Assembly: GCA_963710375.1 (NCBI GenBank)
Contig: CAVPZX010000008.1
Location: 256,001 to 320,000 of the forward strand
DNA from: Nitrospirota bacterium
GTDB lineage: Bacteria > Nitrospirota > Thermodesulfovibrionia > Thermodesulfovibrionales > Dissulfurispiraceae
Direction: 5' to 3'
Length of the DNA stretch: 64,000 nt
Shown: positions 61,184 to 64,000 of the stretch, one piece after another
Layout: each line of letters starts with the position of its first letter
Numbering within the stretch: the first letter of the stretch is position 1
The notes under the pieces: model-generated
Told to the model about the DNA's origin: nothing
Databases searched by the model: none
What the model saw: only the letters and a program-made list of their open reading frames with translations
Position numbers and translations under genes: made by a program

Positions 61184-63144
61184 TGAAGATCGGCATATAT
61201 TTCTGCAAGTGCGGCACTAATATCACCGACAGAGTGGACGCTGACAAGGTGAAGGAAAACATCAGCGTCTCTTCTGGTGAGATACATTTCAAGGCCGTTG
61301 ATTTCCTCTGCTCAGAAGAGAGCAAGGGATTTCTCGAACAGGACATTCGTGAAAACGGTGTAGAGCGTGTAGTCATTTCCGCCTGCTCGCCCCGGGAGCA
61401 CGAGAGCACTTTTATGCGTGTGCTCTCAAAGGCTGGGATCAATCCATATCTGATGCAGATGGTAAATATCCGGGAACAGGTGGCCTGGGTGACAACTGAC
61501 AGCGAAAAGGCAACCGAGAAGACGTCGCGCTATATCAACGCGGCCATCAAGAGGGTCGTGCTGCACGATGCGCTGGAGAACAAAGAAATCGATGCAAGTC
61601 CCGATGCCCTGATCATTGGAGCAGGTCCCGCAGGACTCAAGATTGCACTAAGCCTGGCTGAAGCGGGACGTAAAGTGGTTATTGTGGAGAAGACCCCTGT
61701 TATCGGCGGTATGCCGGTGAGGTACGAGGAGATCTTCCCCAACATGGAATGCGGACCCTGCATGCTCGAACCGGTGATGGGAGATATTCTGCACGGTGAG
61801 CATGCAGAGAACATTGAACTGCTCACCATGGCCGAAGTAAAGGATGTGGTGGGCTCATACGGCAACTTCACAGTTAAGATACGCCAGGCAGCACGCTACT
61901 CGGACCCTCATAAATGCATCGGCTGCTACGAATGCATCGGGCCCTGTCCGGTCTATGCGAAAAACAGCTTCAATTGCGACCTGAGCGAGCGGAAGGCAAT
62001 TTCTTTCCCCTTCGCAGGCGCACTGCCCAATGCTCCTTACATCGACAATGCCCTCTGTCTGCGGATGAAGGGACAGGATTGCCGGCTCTGCAAGGACGCA
62101 TGCCCGGTGGACGACGCCATTGTTTTTGACGAACAGGAAAAAATCATCGACAGGACAGTGGGTGCTATTGTTATCGCCATAGGCTCCGACATCTACGACT
62201 GCACAAAGATCCCGAACCTGGGCTATGCCGATGTTCCGGATGTATATACGGGGATTGAGTTCGAGAGGATCATGGCGTCCAATGGTCCCACCGAAGGTGA
62301 AATACGGACATCAAAAGGCGTTGCGCCCCGGTCCGTGGCAATCGTGCACTGCGTGGGAAGTCTCGACAAAAACCACAAAGAGTATTGCTCCGGCATATGC
62401 TGCCAGTACGCGTTCAAATTCAGTCATATAATAGAAACCAGGCTGCCAGGAACAAAGATATATCATTTTTACAAAGAACTTTCCATTCCCGGCAAGGATG
62501 ATTTCAGCCTCTATCACCATGCAAAGAACAATCCCGACGCCGTTTTCATCCGATACTCGGACATCAGGGACCTGACGGTGAAGGGAAAGAACGGGGAGAA
62601 CGTTATCGAGTTCAGTGACTCCTCCGGGGAGAAGGGCCTGGCGACGGCAGACATGGTGGTTCTCTGTCCTGCGGTTGTGCCTTCAAAGGGATCTGACAAA
62701 CTTGGCCATCTGCTGGAAACGTCCCAGGACAAGGCGGGTTTCTTCGAAGAGCTTCACGACAGGATGGATTCCGCCCGGAGCAAGATAAAAGGCATTTACC
62801 TTGCGGGTTCCTGCCAGTCGCCCATGGACATCCAGAAGACCATAAACCAGAGCATGGCTGTGGCAGGATATATATTGTCCGGCCTAGTGATGGGAAGGAA
62901 GCTTGAGATCAAACCAATCACCGCCGTCATTAATTCCGATGCGTGTTCCGGCTGCCGTGTATGTTTATCGGTATGCCCGTACAAGGCGATTTCCTTTGAT
63001 CCATGCAAAAAGGTTTCAGTAATAAACGAAGTCCTTTGTCAGGGCTGTGGCACCTGTGTGGCAGCCTGCCCGTGTGGAGCTGTCAATGGCAACCACTTCA
63101 CCAATGAGGAGATTATGGCTGAAATTGAAGGAGTCCTGGCATAA
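61183..63144 (+). CDS. hdrA: Heterodisulfide reductase subunit A-like flavo-iron-sulfur protein
   Basis: CKCGTNI, SACSPR, NIREQ, IGAGPAG, ferredoxin insert, HCVGS...YCSGICC and C-terminal 2x[4Fe-4S]. Confidence 0.93.
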   Translation: MKIGIYFCKCGTNITDRVDADKVKENISVSSGEIHFKAVDFLCSEESKGFLEQDIRENGVERVVISACSPREHESTFMRVLSKAGINPYLMQMVNIREQVAWVTTDSEKATEKTSRYINAAIKRVVLHDALENKEIDASPDALIIGAGPAGLKIALSLAEAGRKVVIVEKTPVIGGMPVRYEEIFPNMECGPCMLEPVMGDILHGEHAENIELLTMAEVKDVVGSYGNFTVKIRQAARYSDPHKCIGCYECIGPCPVYAKNSFNCDLSERKAISFPFAGALPNAPYIDNALCLRMKGQDCRLCKDACPVDDAIVFDEQEKIIDRTVGAIVIAIGSDIYDCTKIPNLGYADVPDVYTGIEFERIMASNGPTEGEIRTSKGVAPRSVAIVHCVGSLDKNHKEYCSGICCQYAFKFSHIIETRLPGTKIYHFYKELSIPGKDDFSLYHHAKNNPDAVFIRYSDIRDLTVKGKNGENVIEFSDSSGEKGLATADMVVLCPAVVPSKGSDKLGHLLETSQDKAGFFEELHDRMDSARSKIKGIYLAGSCQSPMDIQKTINQSMAVAGYILSGLVMGRKLEIKPITAVINSDACSGCRVCLSVCPYKAISFDPCKKVSVINEVLCQGCGTCVAACPCGAVNGNHFTNEEIMAEIEGVLA

Positions 63145-63213
63145 CCTCAAAATAGAGAAGCAATAAAGCTGATATAGCTGTGGAACCAATTTTTTTAAAA
63201 CAGGTGTGCATGC

Positions 63214-63651
63214 ATGGCAATGGATTTTGAGCCGAAAATAGTTGGATTTCTCTGCAATTGGTGCTCCTATGCCGGGGCAGATAAAGCAGGAACAGCACAA
63301 AACGTTTATCCGCCGAACATCAATGTGGTGAGGGTAATGTGCAGTGGCAGGGTCGATCCGCAGTTTGTAATGAAAGCATTCGAAAAAGGTGCGGATGGTG
63401 TCTTAATACTGGCATGCCATCCGGGTGACTGCCACTATAAGGAAGGCAATTACCGGGCAGCCCGGCGATACCGTATGCTCGGCAGACTGCTGGCCCAGCT
63501 AGGGATCGAAGAGGGAAGATACCGGTTTGATTATGTTTCAGCGGGTGAAGGCGACAAATTCGTTTCAGTGATAACGGATATGGTCAATACGGTGAAAAAA
63601 TTGGGTCCCCTACGCATGGCGCTTGCTGATACAACAGCATGCAGCAAATAG
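63214..63651 (+). CDS. mvhD: Methyl-viologen-reducing hydrogenase delta subunit
   Basis: FEPKIVGFLCNWCSYAGAD, RVMCSGRVDP and CHPGDCHY. Confidence 0.95.
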   Translation: MAMDFEPKIVGFLCNWCSYAGADKAGTAQNVYPPNINVVRVMCSGRVDPQFVMKAFEKGADGVLILACHPGDCHYKEGNYRAARRYRMLGRLLAQLGIEEGRYRFDYVSAGEGDKFVSVITDMVNTVKKLGPLRMALADTTACSK

Positions 63652-63699
63652 TGGTAGGGAAGTTTGCTTGGCATAAATTTTCTCGCAAGGAGGTTCAAG

Positions 63700-63924
63700 A
63701 TGGCTGTTCAGGTTCTCGAAGCGAAGGGTCTTAAATGCCCCCAGCCGACATTGAAGATTACGGCAATGGCGGTAAAGATGAAGCCGGGCGATGTGTTGGA
63801 GGCGATTGCAGACTGCCCTACCTTTGAAAAGGATGTGAGGGACTGGTGCACCCGCACCAAGAAAATCTTGCTCTGGATCAAGGAAGAAGACGGAGGCTCC
63901 AAAAGGTGCAGGATCCAGCTCTAG
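63700..63924 (+). CDS. TusA-family sulfurtransferase / sulfur carrier
   Basis: LEAKGLKCPQP, MKPGDVLE and DVRDWC; AAGGAGG RBS. Confidence 0.9.
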   Translation: MAVQVLEAKGLKCPQPTLKITAMAVKMKPGDVLEAIADCPTFEKDVRDWCTRTKKILLWIKEEDGGSKRCRIQL

Positions 63925-64000
63925 CGGTATAGCACAGTGACTGGTCCCGAAGATACCGATAGCGCGGAAACAGAGAAAGGCCTCGAATGGCTGGAGGGAG

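Noticed and set aside
58222..63651. Selenocysteine recoding in Mvh/Hdr subunits
   Set aside because: The relevant positions are ordinary Cys codons (DPCLSC, CNWCSY, CHPGDCHY) and there is no in-frame TGA.

Overview
Bacterial chromosomal window. The gene content suggests an anaerobic Nitrospirota- or Desulfobacterota-like organism, but this is inference only. From left to right: (1) an AT-rich glycosylation island (1-15.8 kb) with two TylF-type O-methyltransferases, three radical SAM enzymes, a divergent cobalamin-dependent radical SAM enzyme, a split transketolase, a GT9, a frameshifted two-domain glycosyltransferase and a TPR O-GlcNAc-transferase-like gene, with sigma-54-type promoters; (2) a type II toxin-antitoxin pair followed by a decayed attC-like hairpin; (3) housekeeping and signalling genes (frameshifted ligA, SagB-type oxidoreductase, CinA/PncC, HD-GYP, rarA, gpmA, ABC-F, an S1-domain protein) and a 50-aa Cys-rich ORF missing from the ORF track; (4) the most striking locus, an effector-less STAND/NLR-like P-loop ATPase fused to 14 near-identical 132-bp (44-aa) helical repeats plus a partial 15th, with mosaic shuffling, a few hypervariable codons and position-specific frameshifts; (5) ppnP, oligoendopeptidase F, sigma-54 and two-component genes, coaD-rsmD-purN, HU and a UvrD-family helicase, with a dispersed ~127-bp hairpin element and related short-repeat hairpins between genes; (6) a Wsp-like chemosensory operon ending in a hybrid kinase and an Hpt-REC-REC-GGDEF cyclase; (7) an mvhG-mvhA-protease-hdrA-mvhD-tusA hydrogenase cluster. 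I recognised no tRNA, rRNA, CRISPR array, integrase, transposase or reverse transcriptase. A +1 indel in the normally essential ligA suggests the assembly contains indel errors, which limits how far any frameshift can be interpreted.
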